Source of the DNA: a virus
Lineage: Duplodnaviria; Caudoviricetes
Virus record (IMG/VR): IMGVR_UViG_3300011335_000457
Location: 1 to 64,000 of that record
Reading direction: 5' to 3' (one strand)
Length of the DNA: 64,000 nucleotides
A program made the position numbers and the translations under genes. Positions 53,106 through 63,886 of this stretch are shown here, piece after piece. Every line of letters starts with the position of its first letter. Position 1 is the first letter of the stretch. Under the pieces are notes generated by a model, which did not search any database, was not told the origin of the DNA, and saw only the letters and a list, made by a program, of their open reading frames with translations.

Positions 53106-54815
53106 ATGAAACCTTTAAACTTAGATAATAGACCATGTAGCCCAATATCAAGTAACTGTGTTATTTGGCAGGGTCCAGATATTCCTTGCATTAAATTATG
53201 TACAGGAGATTCAGTATCTGATGTAATATTCAAACTGGCTACTGAGTTGTGTACTATAATGGACACACTAGATATTAAGAACTATGACTTGTCATGTTTT
53301 AATTTAGCAGCATGTCCTCCAGCTGATTTCCAAGCTTTGATACAATTTTTAATTGAACAGATTTGTGCTTCTCAAGGTATTGATACTACTAAAGTAGTAA
53401 CAGCATCAGCCTGTCCAGATTGTGTTGTAACTGTTGCACCTTGTTTTGTAGTAAACGGTCAAACAACTATGCAGTTAGTTGACTATGTTACTGCTATTGG
53501 TAATAGAATCTGTAATATCATTGATCAAATAACATTAATCAATACACAGTTAACAAGTATACTGATTAGAGTTGAAGCATTAGAAAATGCACCAGCACCA
53601 GTTACACCTACACCTACTATTATAATTAACTGTGATATAGGTTCATTATCTGCAGGTGGTAGTTATGCTATTGACACTGTTTTAAATTCTTTATTAAACA
53701 ATACAGCAAATGGCTATTGTACTTTATTAGATATATTAGGTACACCTGCTGAAATTGGTGATGCATTAGTTCCAGCTTGTACTTTTGGTACAGATGTTAC
53801 TACAGATCCTAATTGGACAGGAACTCCAACAACACTTGCAGAAAGTTTAACAAATGCATGGATAGTTCTTTGTGATGTTTATGCAGCTGTATCAACTGGT
53901 TTAGTAAACACAGATAATACAAACAGTGTAAGTTTAGATTTAACAGGTGGTGTACTAACTGCAAATATTCAAGATACAGGTTGGGTAGATTTAGCAGGTT
54001 TTGCTTGGTATGGTACATATAATAATACAAACAGAAGAGTACCACAATGCAGAAGAATTGGTAATGCTGTTCATTTTAGAGGAGTTGTAATGATACCATT
54101 ACAAGATCCTGCAAATGGTCTTCAACCTTTAATCTGGGATTATAACGGAACAGCTCCTTTAACAGATACATATTTTACCAATACAACTATTACACCTTCT
54201 ACAGCTGGAACAGGATCTGTTGTTTTGAATAATGGTGGTTCAATTACTTTTAATCAAGGAATTTCTGTTATACCAACTACAATACTTGATTCTGGAACTA
54301 AGTTTGATAATAATTATACATTAAGTCATAAGTTAGCATTTAGATTCATAAGGATAGATAGTTCTCCTACATATAGTGGAACTTTAACAACATTGTTAAA
54401 ACCTGTCATTACTACTGATAAAAAATTAGCCCTAGCACTAATAAAAGATTTTGAAGAAACTGCTGGAACAAATGGAACACCAAGTAATCCTTATAGCACA
54501 TCTGTTGCTAATAATGTTATCTCTCATGTTAGAGCAGGAGAGTTTGTACCAAGATTTCAGAATTCAGGAAGTGTGATGGCAAGTTCTCCAAATAGTGGAA
54601 CTTTAGATACAATTGCTTTACCAGCACCATTAGCACCAGATACACAATATGTAAGTAATACAAAATTAGATTATGATTCTACATTAACATATCCATTTAG
54701 TTGTGATGGTAATGATGAAACAAATCTTGGTGGTTTTGGTTGGGTAGATCTAGATGGCTTAATAGCTTATGTAGATCCATGTACAACAGATATTAAAAAT
54801 TATTCTTGTCCTTAA
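53106..54815 (+). CDS. Tail fibre-like protein with Cys-rich N-terminus
   Basis: SSNCVIWQGPDIPC; C-terminal DTGW..L...PQCRRIGNAVHFRG fibre motif. Confidence 0.65.
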   Translation: MKPLNLDNRPCSPISSNCVIWQGPDIPCIKLCTGDSVSDVIFKLATELCTIMDTLDIKNYDLSCFNLAACPPADFQALIQFLIEQICASQGIDTTKVVTASACPDCVVTVAPCFVVNGQTTMQLVDYVTAIGNRICNIIDQITLINTQLTSILIRVEALENAPAPVTPTPTIIINCDIGSLSAGGSYAIDTVLNSLLNNTANGYCTLLDILGTPAEIGDALVPACTFGTDVTTDPNWTGTPTTLAESLTNAWIVLCDVYAAVSTGLVNTDNTNSVSLDLTGGVLTANIQDTGWVDLAGFAWYGTYNNTNRRVPQCRRIGNAVHFRGVVMIPLQDPANGLQPLIWDYNGTAPLTDTYFTNTTITPSTAGTGSVVLNNGGSITFNQGISVIPTTILDSGTKFDNNYTLSHKLAFRFIRIDSSPTYSGTLTTLLKPVITTDKKLALALIKDFEETAGTNGTPSNPYSTSVANNVISHVRAGEFVPRFQNSGSVMASSPNSGTLDTIALPAPLAPDTQYVSNTKLDYDSTLTYPFSCDGNDETNLGGFGWVDLDGLIAYVDPCTTDIKNYSCP

Positions 54816-54825
54816 ACTTTAAATA

Positions 54826-55068
54826 ATGACAACAACAAATACATGTAAGAAATGCGGATGTGAGGATAGCTTTATGCCAAGTCCTGCTCCATGTCCGACT
54901 CCACAAGGATGTCCTAACCCAGAACCATGTTCTGAAGTTATGGATGCTCAGTGTGTTATATACACTGGTCCAAACATTATGTGTGGTCCAAATATATTAA
55001 TAGCTACAAATACAAATTTAGCTGATGCTTTACAAGCAATAGCAAATACCTTTTGTGCACAACCTTAA
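54826..55068 (+). CDS. Small Cys-rich protein sharing the CVIxxGPxIxC motif
   Basis: AQCVIYTGPNIMC...TNLADALQAI. Confidence 0.65.
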   Translation: MTTTNTCKKCGCEDSFMPSPAPCPTPQGCPNPEPCSEVMDAQCVIYTGPNIMCGPNILIATNTNLADALQAIANTFCAQP

Positions 55069-55074
55069 AAAGAA

Positions 55075-55140
55075 GTTGCAGGTTTGTTGGTTTCTGTAAC
55101 AAACAAGACAAGCCCTCACACTAGTGGGGGTTTTGTTTTT
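55075..55140 (+). ncRNA. Hairpin with antisense-like loop followed by terminator
   Basis: GTTGCAG-[GTTTGTTGGTTT]-CTGTAAC then AAGCCCTCAC/GTGGGGGTTT plus T-run. Confidence 0.45.
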
Positions 55141-55190
55141 ATAGCTATATTTGCTAAAGTCATTAATTTTTAGTATATTAATATTATAGC

Positions 55191-55772
55191 ATGAAGGAAT
55201 TTAAAAAACCAGATGTAAAAGCTCCTAGATTTAGACCTGAAGTATACAATGTTCTAAATAAAGAGTTCTTTGAAATGTTTAAGGAAAAATATCCCAAGTA
55301 TAAAACTGTGGATAACACTGTATTAAAAGGAATTGTAAAGAAGTTTAATACAACTGTTTATCAAACAGTAATAGATAAAAGAGATGGTGTACAATTACCA
55401 GAGACAATTGGTTGGTTGTTTATAGGAACATGTGAGCAGAGTAAAAAAAATAATATTGATTTTGCTAAGTCTGTAAAATATGGAGTTACTGTTTCAAATA
55501 AAAATTGGGATACAGATGGAAAATTAGCTAAGATATTTTTTACATCACATGCACCAAGACACAAAATGAGAAATAAAGAATTCTGGAGTTTTGTAGCATG
55601 TAGAGAGTTTAAAAGATCTGTAGCTAAATCTTATCCTGAAAACTGGAATATGTATGTAGCTGTAGATGCTACTACTAAACTTAGACTTACATATCAAAAA
55701 GCTATTAAAAAACAAATGGCAATTAAACAGCAAAATGCTGATTTGAAAACTTATAATGAATTTGACATATGA
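55191..55772 (+). CDS. IHF/HU-like protein of the crAss-like tail module
   Basis: GVQLPETIGWLFIGTC...KIFF...WSFVACREFKRSV. Confidence 0.6.
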   Translation: MKEFKKPDVKAPRFRPEVYNVLNKEFFEMFKEKYPKYKTVDNTVLKGIVKKFNTTVYQTVIDKRDGVQLPETIGWLFIGTCEQSKKNNIDFAKSVKYGVTVSNKNWDTDGKLAKIFFTSHAPRHKMRNKEFWSFVACREFKRSVAKSYPENWNMYVAVDATTKLRLTYQKAIKKQMAIKQQNADLKTYNEFDI

Positions 55773-56431
55773 CAACTGTAGGTGAAGCTGTATCAAGAAT
55801 AAGAAATGCTCTAAAGGCTGTTAAAGAAGATGCTTTTTTAACTGATAGAACTATTTATTTTTCTCTTAGTAAATATGCAAAAACTTTAATTAAAAGAGAA
55901 GACAATCAATTCAGGTTAATGAAGATGAGTCAGATCTTTCAAGTTTTACCATATGTAGAACTAATAGATGTTGATAGAGTTGAAGCAGGTTGTGTTGGTG
56001 TATACTCAGAATGTTATTTTAAAAGATCTAAAGACAAACTGCCTAGTATACTAGATGGTATGTTTGGTCCTATTATCCGTACTACATCTTCTATAGATGG
56101 ATCTATAGAAATGTTCAGAACAGATCCTGGTACTTGGGTATCCATTACTAAGTCAAGTACATTTAGATATAATAAGAGACCATACTTTTGGTATCTTAAT
56201 GGATATATCTACTGTCCTAATATAGATTGGGATGCAATAAGAATAGAAGCTATATTTGAGAATCAGGCAGAGACTTGTGATACAGATGACTGTCTTATAA
56301 AACAAGACCAACCATTAGCTATACCAGATTATTTATTTGCGGAAGCAGAACAATTTGTAATGAAAGAATTAACTACTGCTATGTCTGTACCAACTGATGG
56401 TGCTGATGATAGTCAAAACTCACTTAGATAA
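55769..56431 (+). CDS. Tail ring/tubular protein
   Basis: DAFLTDR.IY...KRPYFWYLNGYIY...IRIEAIFE; position before muzzle. Confidence 0.65.
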   Translation: MTTVGEAVSRIRNALKAVKEDAFLTDRTIYFSLSKYAKTLIKREDNQFRLMKMSQIFQVLPYVELIDVDRVEAGCVGVYSECYFKRSKDKLPSILDGMFGPIIRTTSSIDGSIEMFRTDPGTWVSITKSSTFRYNKRPYFWYLNGYIYCPNIDWDAIRIEAIFENQAETCDTDDCLIKQDQPLAIPDYLFAEAEQFVMKELTTAMSVPTDGADDSQNSLR

Positions 56432-57477
56432 TGGATTATAATTACACTCTCCGCTATAGACCCTTTGATCAACTTTTAGAAGATGTATCAATAGACATGA
56501 ACACTCTTGCTTTGGAAAATATGATAGAGCCTCAACAGCTTATCAAAATTGCAAAGAAGATAAACTATGATCTTGGTCTTAGAATAAATCAAACTAAAGA
56601 AGTTATACTTGAAGTATGTCATGGTAAAGTAAAATTACCTGATGACTTTTATACATTTAATTTTGCATTTATTTGTGGAGAGTATGAAGAACATGTAGGG
56701 TATGGTGGACTATCTGGTGGTACTAATATACAAGAAGTGCCGTATAAAGAAGTTCCCTCTACAGTAAATCAATGTGCTGTACCTACAGTTAACTGTTCAA
56801 CATGTAATCATAACCCATGTAATAATACAGCAGCTTGTGAAGGTAGTGTGCGTCCTGTACAAAACTACATTCCAGGTGAGTATGATCCAAACAATCCTTA
56901 TGGTGATACATGTATAAGACCAAGAGTCTTTATGAATTGTAAAGGTGAAAAATGGGAACTTATACAAATAATCAATACTGGAGCAACAAGAAAATATTCT
57001 AGACTTGTACCACTAAGAATGAAACAAAGTCAAGAGATAGAATGTGATTGCCCAAACCTTTATTATGACACAGCTAATCAAGGTTGGATAAAAGGAGGTT
57101 TTCTTTTTACTACATTTGATACTGGTAAAGTCTATGTGAATTATCAAGGAGCTATGGAAGATGAGGCTGGTAACTTACTTGTTCCAGATCATGACTTACT
57201 TAATGATTATTATGAGTATGCACTCAAACAAAGGTTACTTGAAAACTTATTCATGAATGGAGAAGATGTTTCAGCAAGGTTACAACTTATTGAGCAAAGA
57301 TTAAAAGCTGCAAGAAATCAAGCATTAAGTTTAGTTAACACACCAAACTTTAGAGAACTTGAACAGATGTGGTGGACTAACAGAAGAGCTCAGTATAGTA
57401 AGTATTATGATATGTTTAAAAGCTATTCTCCTAATAGAGCTTTTTATGGAATTAATGGCACATCTAGAGTAGTATAA
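56431..57477 (+). CDS. Tail ring/tubular protein
   Basis: YVNYQG...DE.G.LLVPD...Y..YALK pattern. Confidence 0.65.
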   Translation: MDYNYTLRYRPFDQLLEDVSIDMNTLALENMIEPQQLIKIAKKINYDLGLRINQTKEVILEVCHGKVKLPDDFYTFNFAFICGEYEEHVGYGGLSGGTNIQEVPYKEVPSTVNQCAVPTVNCSTCNHNPCNNTAACEGSVRPVQNYIPGEYDPNNPYGDTCIRPRVFMNCKGEKWELIQIINTGATRKYSRLVPLRMKQSQEIECDCPNLYYDTANQGWIKGGFLFTTFDTGKVYVNYQGAMEDEAGNLLVPDHDLLNDYYEYALKQRLLENLFMNGEDVSARLQLIEQRLKAARNQALSLVNTPNFRELEQMWWTNRRAQYSKYYDMFKSYSPNRAFYGINGTSRVV

Positions 57478-57479
57478 TT

Positions 57480-60400
57480 ATGGCAGCGGAAAAAGGAAGT
57501 TTAAATAGTAATAACACTAATACCTTTATAAAAGGTTTACATAAAGATAGTGATCCAGCTTTCATTCAAGAAGGAATGTGGACATATGCTAGAAATGCTG
57601 TAAACAATACAATTGAAGGTGATGTAGGTACATTATCTAATGAGGTATCAAATGCTCTTTGTTCTTCAGCTGGTTCTACAATTTCATTTCCATATAAATA
57701 TATTATTGGAATGATCCACATGTATTCAGATAAATGGATTGTGTTTACAGCTTCTCATTCAACAGCAGTTGATATTACATCAAGAATGTCTGAGATAGGT
57801 TTATTTGAAGAAGCTTCATGTACATATAGACCAATAGTACAAGATAAATGTTTGGGTTTTAGAAAGACTAATTTAATTACAGGATCATCTAGAGAAAAAG
57901 AAGATTGTTCTTGGCAAGTATATTGGGCTGATGGATTAAATCCAGATAGATACTTAAATGTTGGTGATCCAAAGACTTGGCCAGATTCAAGTTATTCATG
58001 GTTAGGTGGTGGTGCAAGTTCTATTAACTTTTATTCCAATGGAATAGCTCCTAATATTCTTTGGCCTGGTGTACAATGGGAACAAAAGTGTACTCCAATT
58101 AGTAGTAATACACCTTGTGAAACTTGTGTAGATGTTAATGTTTTAAATTGTAATAGAATAAGGCTTGCAAGATTAATGGATACACCATGCTTAAACTTGC
58201 GTGTAGGAGAAGGAGCTGGAGCATTACAAAATGGAAGTTATTATGCAACTATTGCATATACTATTAAAGGTGAGAAGATATCTGATTATTTTGCAGCTAG
58301 TAATGTACAACCTGTTTATACACTTGACAGTGCTCAAGGTTCATTAACATTAGAAATTGAAGCTGACACAGAAAACTTTGATGAGTTTCAGCTAGTTTTG
58401 GTTGGAAACATTAATGAAAATACAATAGCAAGGATTATAGGTTACTATTCTACAGATACAATTAGAGTTAGTATAGATCAATTTAAACAGAGTCAAGAAG
58501 GTGTTGATATAACATTGCTTCCATTAATGACTCCTATATTTGAAAAGTCAGATCAAATGGTTCAGCTTAATTCTTATTTATTAAGAGTAGGACCAACTAC
58601 TAAGTTTGACTTTAACTATCAGCCTTTAGCTAATTTAATAAAGACTGAATGGGTGTCAGTAGAATATCCTGCAGATTATTATTTTAAAGGAGGTTCAAGA
58701 ACAAATTATATGAGGGATGAGAACTATCCATTCTTCATCCGTTGGGTATATGACACTGGAGATAAGTCTGCATCATATCACATTCCAGGAAGGGCTCCTA
58801 AACAATGGGGGCCTAATGGTATTTATGAAAATCAAACATTCTCTAATGGAGATAGTTTTCCTGGTGATACTAAATTGTTTCAAACCATAAATACAGCTAG
58901 ACAAGGTTCAGTAGTTCCTTACACACTTCCTGATGGTGGTGTTGTTATAGCTTCAGGTGAAATGGGTTATTGGGAATCTACAGAGATATATCCAAATAAT
59001 AGACCTGACCTTTGGAACTCAAGTTATTATACATGGTCTCAAATAGAAGGCCTACCTCCATATGTAAATACAAATATATCAGACTATGATTTATGTGGTA
59101 AAAATATAAGACATCATAAGTTTCCTGAGAATGTAATTTATAATGAAAACACAGGTCAGTTGTCTTCATCTACTAATGCACATCACTTCAGAAAAGATCC
59201 TGTGACAGGTGCTTTATTTATCAGGGTAATGGCAGTTAGATTTGATAACATAATTTTTCCAAAAGATAATGAGGGCAATGATCTTCCAGGTATTGTAGGT
59301 TATGAAGTATTAAGAGGATCTAGAGATGGTAATAAAACTATTATTGCTAAAGGTATGTTAAATAACTTTAGAACATATAATAGAGTTGGTGTTCCTGCAA
59401 ATACTAGAAAAGGTATGTACGCCAATTATCCGTACAATACTATCATACCAGTAGGAAATACAACATCAGGACATAACCAGTATTACAATGATCCATTTAT
59501 TAAAAGTGTAGATAACCAAGATAATGTATTAAATCAAGAAGTACCTTATAATATTATAAGTTTTCATTCACCGGATACAAGTTTTAGAAATCCATACTTG
59601 GCTACACCAGAATTAAAATTATACGGTCACTTAGCTGGTACAGCAACACAAAGATTCATAGAGCCACAAGGTCATCCTAAGTTTAAACTTATGACTAATG
59701 ATGCTTTATGGATGATTATAATATCTGGTATAGCAGATGCATTACTTAGATCATTAGGTAAGAAACAAATAAATTATCCACAAGGTGGTTTTACTGGACA
59801 GTTTGATTCATTGTGGGCTGTGACAGGTGGTGTAGGTGCTAACTTTTTACCTCCTAATTTACCAATATGGCCTACAGGTGCCGCATTGCCAAATAACACT
59901 GGTCCTCAAATTGCGGCTGCAGCAGCAAATATAACATTTACAACTAACTTTGGTGTATATAATAATTTAGGTGGAATCTTAGCAGATCTTTTTGCAGGAA
60001 CAGATTTATTACAAACACCATTTAATGTGCATAATAATCAGATGTTGGCAGCGGGTGGTAATTATAATCCAATTACATATACATCAGATCCATCAGGTTA
60101 TGCACTATTACCACAATGGGCACAAGTTTTGGCTGGTACAGTAGGTGGTGTTTCTCAAATTGCATTTTTCTTTTTAGATGGTGCATCAAGTACAGCTGAT
60201 CTAATGTATGCTTTTGCTCCATATAGACAATATGCTTTACAACTTATTGGTCATGGTCTTTATGATAAGTTTGTTCCTTTTAATGTTAATGACACTAAGA
60301 GGTTTAAAATACAAGAGTCATTCTATATGAGTACTAATGTATCTCAAGAGATTAATGATTACTTAAATACCAATACCAATACTATAGATAGCTTTACAAT

Positions 60401-62963
60401 AAATAACTACAAGAGACCTAAGTTAGTTGTATTAAGAACAGATAGAGCTGATACACCAACCACTGAAGGTCCTAAATTACTTATCAATGGTATAGTAGGT
60501 GAAGATCAATCCCTTGGTAGTCTTGGTATGTTTGATGATTACTTTGAGGCTTTATCAACTACTAACAATCAGATTGGACCTAGAATAAATGAAAAGAAAA
60601 AAAGCTATGAGTTTGATACTAATATAGCAAGTCATTATTCTGCACTTAAAGTTGATATAGATGATCAGTACGGTCAGCTAAGAAGTATAATACAACAAAC
60701 TGTTACACAGTGTGAACAAAAGTTTGTATACAATAATTTAGCATCAACAACTTATACTATTCAGGTTTCTGCCCCTGGTGTATTACCTGTTGTATATAAA
60801 TCTATAACACAAACTTTAGTTGGTCAGTCTCCAGTAATTTTTGGTGGTGATACATACATCACAAGATTTACTGAGAAGAACCCAATGTTCTTTTTTTACA
60901 ACTGGTTATATACAGAACCAAATGGATATGAGTATAATTACTTTAATAGCCAAATGATTCCAGAACCAAGATATTGGGCTAATAGTGAAAAGTATGATGT
61001 AACACAATTACAAGTAACAAGTTTAGCAGCATGGGCAGCACTATTTCAAAATCAAACTACAGGTACTGGCTTTTTTCCAAATGACTATTTTAACTTAGAT
61101 AATGAAAACTATGATAGGCCTACTGATTCAGCAGCACCCTATCCTGGATTTCTTTTTGCTAAAAATTCATATTTTTATTTATCTGCTTCTGGTGTAAGAG
61201 ACTTCTTTGTTGAGTCAGAAGTAATAACTGATTTCAGAGGTCTTGGTTCATTTGATTATGAGAAATGTTATAACCCATACAGATATACAGATTTAGAAAC
61301 CTTATTCAGAATGGATCAGTTGACAGCAACTGAGGGTAACTTTTATATTTATGATTATTCATTAAGTATAACTAGACTAACAAACAGATCTACTTCATTT
61401 GGATTCTTACAAAGTGTTTACTATAATCCTGATGTAGCTGATTTATGTTATACCTATTATCCAAATACACTTACTTATTCATTACCTGTTGGGCAAACAT
61501 CATCAAGTGATGGATGGTTTATATACTTACCTCTTAACAGAAAAGACTTTGTAAGTCAAATAAGTGGAGTTAAGAACTTTGCTAAGACAGGTGCTTTTGT
61601 AACATTCAAGAATGATAGTCCAATTGTATTCCAGGGTGTGGACACACTTGAGATGGATGGTTCAGGTACTAAAGTAATTATAGGTGACGCAGGTGTGTTT
61701 TCTAAAGAACCACAGAATATTGTTGTTGCAGATAATCCATACATGTATGGTTCATCACAAGGTAGGTTATCAGTAATATCTACTCCAGCTGGTCTATACT
61801 ATATTTCTCAAGATCAAGGTAAAATATTTACCTATGGTGAAGGATTAGTAGAAGTATCACAAGCAGGTATGAAATGGTGGTTTGATTATTTCTTACCAAG
61901 TAAATTACTTGAAGATTTTCCTGATTACCCATATCAAGATAATCCAGTAGCAGGTATTGGTACACAAGCTGTATATGATAACTATAACTCAGTTCTTTAC
62001 TTCTGTAAGAAAGACTGGAAACTAAAAGAATTTGATTCTGCAGGTAATCCACTGGCAGGAACTGTTGTTTATGTAAATACAGGTAAGGAGAGTTATTTTA
62101 ATTATTTTCCTTTTGAAGAGGGTAAGCCATCAGGTACTCCAGTAAAACTAGCATTAGGTGATCCATTAATATTTGAAGATGCATCATTTACTGTAAGCTA
62201 TGACCCTAAGAGTAAATTCTGGATTAGTTTCCATGACTGGCATCCTGACTTAGTATTACCAACTAAAGATAGTTTTGTTACAACAAAAATGAATGGCTTA
62301 TATAAGCATGGTATAAACTGTAATGACTATTGTAATTTTTATGGTGTTCAGTATCCATTTGAAATTGAATTTCCTGTTACTACTGGTCAAACAGTTACTA
62401 CTTTAAAAAGTGTTGAGTATGTACTTGAATGCTATAAAAGAGAAAAAAGATTTTGTGCTGATCAGTTCCATGTACTTGACTATAACTTTGACAGACTAGT
62501 TATACATAACACAGAACAAATTTCTGGATACTTAAACTTAAACATATTCCCTAAGAATAACATAGCTTTATCTTTAGACTATCCTAAGCTTAATCCAAAT
62601 AATAATTCATTTGATATTTTATTCTCAAAAGAAGAAAACAAGTATAGAATAAATCAGTTCTGGGATATAACTAGAAACCGTGGAGAATTTCCTGTAGGTT
62701 CAGGTTATCCACCACAAGGACCACTTATTCCAGGCACTACAGAGTTATTAGGTAATTATACTGAAGAATTGCTATGGGCTACAGAAGCTAATGGTTATAT
62801 AAAAGCTATTAGACCACAAGCTGTTAATTATGCTAAAGATAGTCTGCAAAGAAAAAAATTCAGACATATGGTTAACTACTTGTATCTTAGCAAAGCAGAT
62901 TCAAGAGATGTGAATATGATACTTAAAATATTTAATAGTAAGAACCAATATTCTTTAAGATAA
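57480..62963 (+). CDS. Muzzle / tail stabilisation protein (P22 gp10-like position)
   Basis: 1827 aa; FIKGLHKD start, FGGDTYITR, SYDPKSKFWISFHDW motifs. Confidence 0.8.
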   Translation: MAAEKGSLNSNNTNTFIKGLHKDSDPAFIQEGMWTYARNAVNNTIEGDVGTLSNEVSNALCSSAGSTISFPYKYIIGMIHMYSDKWIVFTASHSTAVDITSRMSEIGLFEEASCTYRPIVQDKCLGFRKTNLITGSSREKEDCSWQVYWADGLNPDRYLNVGDPKTWPDSSYSWLGGGASSINFYSNGIAPNILWPGVQWEQKCTPISSNTPCETCVDVNVLNCNRIRLARLMDTPCLNLRVGEGAGALQNGSYYATIAYTIKGEKISDYFAASNVQPVYTLDSAQGSLTLEIEADTENFDEFQLVLVGNINENTIARIIGYYSTDTIRVSIDQFKQSQEGVDITLLPLMTPIFEKSDQMVQLNSYLLRVGPTTKFDFNYQPLANLIKTEWVSVEYPADYYFKGGSRTNYMRDENYPFFIRWVYDTGDKSASYHIPGRAPKQWGPNGIYENQTFSNGDSFPGDTKLFQTINTARQGSVVPYTLPDGGVVIASGEMGYWESTEIYPNNRPDLWNSSYYTWSQIEGLPPYVNTNISDYDLCGKNIRHHKFPENVIYNENTGQLSSSTNAHHFRKDPVTGALFIRVMAVRFDNIIFPKDNEGNDLPGIVGYEVLRGSRDGNKTIIAKGMLNNFRTYNRVGVPANTRKGMYANYPYNTIIPVGNTTSGHNQYYNDPFIKSVDNQDNVLNQEVPYNIISFHSPDTSFRNPYLATPELKLYGHLAGTATQRFIEPQGHPKFKLMTNDALWMIIISGIADALLRSLGKKQINYPQGGFTGQFDSLWAVTGGVGANFLPPNLPIWPTGAALPNNTGPQIAAAAANITFTTNFGVYNNLGGILADLFAGTDLLQTPFNVHNNQMLAAGGNYNPITYTSDPSGYALLPQWAQVLAGTVGGVSQIAFFFLDGASSTADLMYAFAPYRQYALQLIGHGLYDKFVPFNVNDTKRFKIQESFYMSTNVSQEINDYLNTNTNTIDSFTINNYKRPKLVVLRTDRADTPTTEGPKLLINGIVGEDQSLGSLGMFDDYFEALSTTNNQIGPRINEKKKSYEFDTNIASHYSALKVDIDDQYGQLRSIIQQTVTQCEQKFVYNNLASTTYTIQVSAPGVLPVVYKSITQTLVGQSPVIFGGDTYITRFTEKNPMFFFYNWLYTEPNGYEYNYFNSQMIPEPRYWANSEKYDVTQLQVTSLAAWAALFQNQTTGTGFFPNDYFNLDNENYDRPTDSAAPYPGFLFAKNSYFYLSASGVRDFFVESEVITDFRGLGSFDYEKCYNPYRYTDLETLFRMDQLTATEGNFYIYDYSLSITRLTNRSTSFGFLQSVYYNPDVADLCYTYYPNTLTYSLPVGQTSSSDGWFIYLPLNRKDFVSQISGVKNFAKTGAFVTFKNDSPIVFQGVDTLEMDGSGTKVIIGDAGVFSKEPQNIVVADNPYMYGSSQGRLSVISTPAGLYYISQDQGKIFTYGEGLVEVSQAGMKWWFDYFLPSKLLEDFPDYPYQDNPVAGIGTQAVYDNYNSVLYFCKKDWKLKEFDSAGNPLAGTVVYVNTGKESYFNYFPFEEGKPSGTPVKLALGDPLIFEDASFTVSYDPKSKFWISFHDWHPDLVLPTKDSFVTTKMNGLYKHGINCNDYCNFYGVQYPFEIEFPVTTGQTVTTLKSVEYVLECYKREKRFCADQFHVLDYNFDRLVIHNTEQISGYLNLNIFPKNNIALSLDYPKLNPNNNSFDILFSKEENKYRINQFWDITRNRGEFPVGSGYPPQGPLIPGTTELLGNYTEELLWATEANGYIKAIRPQAVNYAKDSLQRKKFRHMVNYLYLSKADSRDVNMILKIFNSKNQYSLR

Positions 62964-63886
62964 TGGCTGAATATAAAAAAGGTGGTTTAACTGGTAACAG
63001 CAATCTTTATGCTACTAATAGACTGTTTGTAAAAAATCCACTATTCAAAAAAAGAAAAAAGAAAGCACCTGGGGTTTATGATCCTACTGCTAAGTTTAGA
63101 TATAAAGAAGGTGGAGTTTCCAAAGATCCTTCTATTGCTACATTAAACCAAATGGCTAAAGGTGGTGATCCAGGTGATCCATTTTTAAAAAAGTTAATGT
63201 CTCAAATAAAAAAAGGTAATGAGAGTAAAAAACCTGTACCATCATTAACTAGAAAAGAACCTAAACAACCAACATCTAATTCTTTTAGTAATAAATCTTT
63301 ATTAAATAAAGAGATCCAAAAACAAAGAAATAGAAATAAAGCTTTAAAACAAACACTCCCTGAAATAGAAATTATTGGTAAAAGATCTAAAAATAATCTT
63401 GAAAACAAAGTACCAAAAAAACTCATTACTCCAAGTAATGCTAAATACATAAATCAGGATTGGAAAAAAGAAGCAATGGTGCCTGATTCTTTTACAGAAA
63501 ATATTGGTGAATTTATTGATCCAACTGGACATACTTCTTGGGATGATGCATATAGAGCTTATACAGGATGGGATGAAAGTGGTAAAAAATTACCAAGTTT
63601 AAGTCAGGCAGCTGATATGTTTGGTGCTGTACCTGTTTTAGGAAAGCTTGGAAAACTAAAGTACTTAGTTGAAGGAGAGGGTTTAACCAAATCAGCTTAT
63701 CATTACTTACCTTGGCAGCAAATAGTTAATACTTTTGATACTGTAGATGATGTTGAGACTGATAATGTTAATGAAAAAAAGAATGGCGGAGCAATTCAAG
63801 ATTTATCTAAAGAAGAAATACAATGGTATATAGATAATGGTTACATTGTAGAACCAGTAACTAAACTTAAAAAGTTTATTGATTAA
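62963..63886 (+). CDS. Putative cargo/ejection-associated protein with xxGG motifs
   Basis: YKKGG, YKEGG, MAKGG, KKNGG; C-terminal LSKEEIQWYIDNGYIVE. Confidence 0.55.
   Translation: MAEYKKGGLTGNSNLYATNRLFVKNPLFKKRKKKAPGVYDPTAKFRYKEGGVSKDPSIATLNQMAKGGDPGDPFLKKLMSQIKKGNESKKPVPSLTRKEPKQPTSNSFSNKSLLNKEIQKQRNRNKALKQTLPEIEIIGKRSKNNLENKVPKKLITPSNAKYINQDWKKEAMVPDSFTENIGEFIDPTGHTSWDDAYRAYTGWDESGKKLPSLSQAADMFGAVPVLGKLGKLKYLVEGEGLTKSAYHYLPWQQIVNTFDTVDDVETDNVNEKKNGGAIQDLSKEEIQWYIDNGYIVEPVTKLKKFID

Noticed and set aside
50763-54815. Diversity-generating retroelement targeting fibre genes
   Set aside because: No reverse transcriptase and no template/variable repeat pair differing only at adenines was seen in the window
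29751-63532. Numerous short minus-strand ORFs opposite structural genes (e.g. 35872..36339, 39293..39613, 40823..41125)
   Set aside because: Antisense shadows of long plus-strand genes with Ser/Phe/Leu-rich composition and no expression signals
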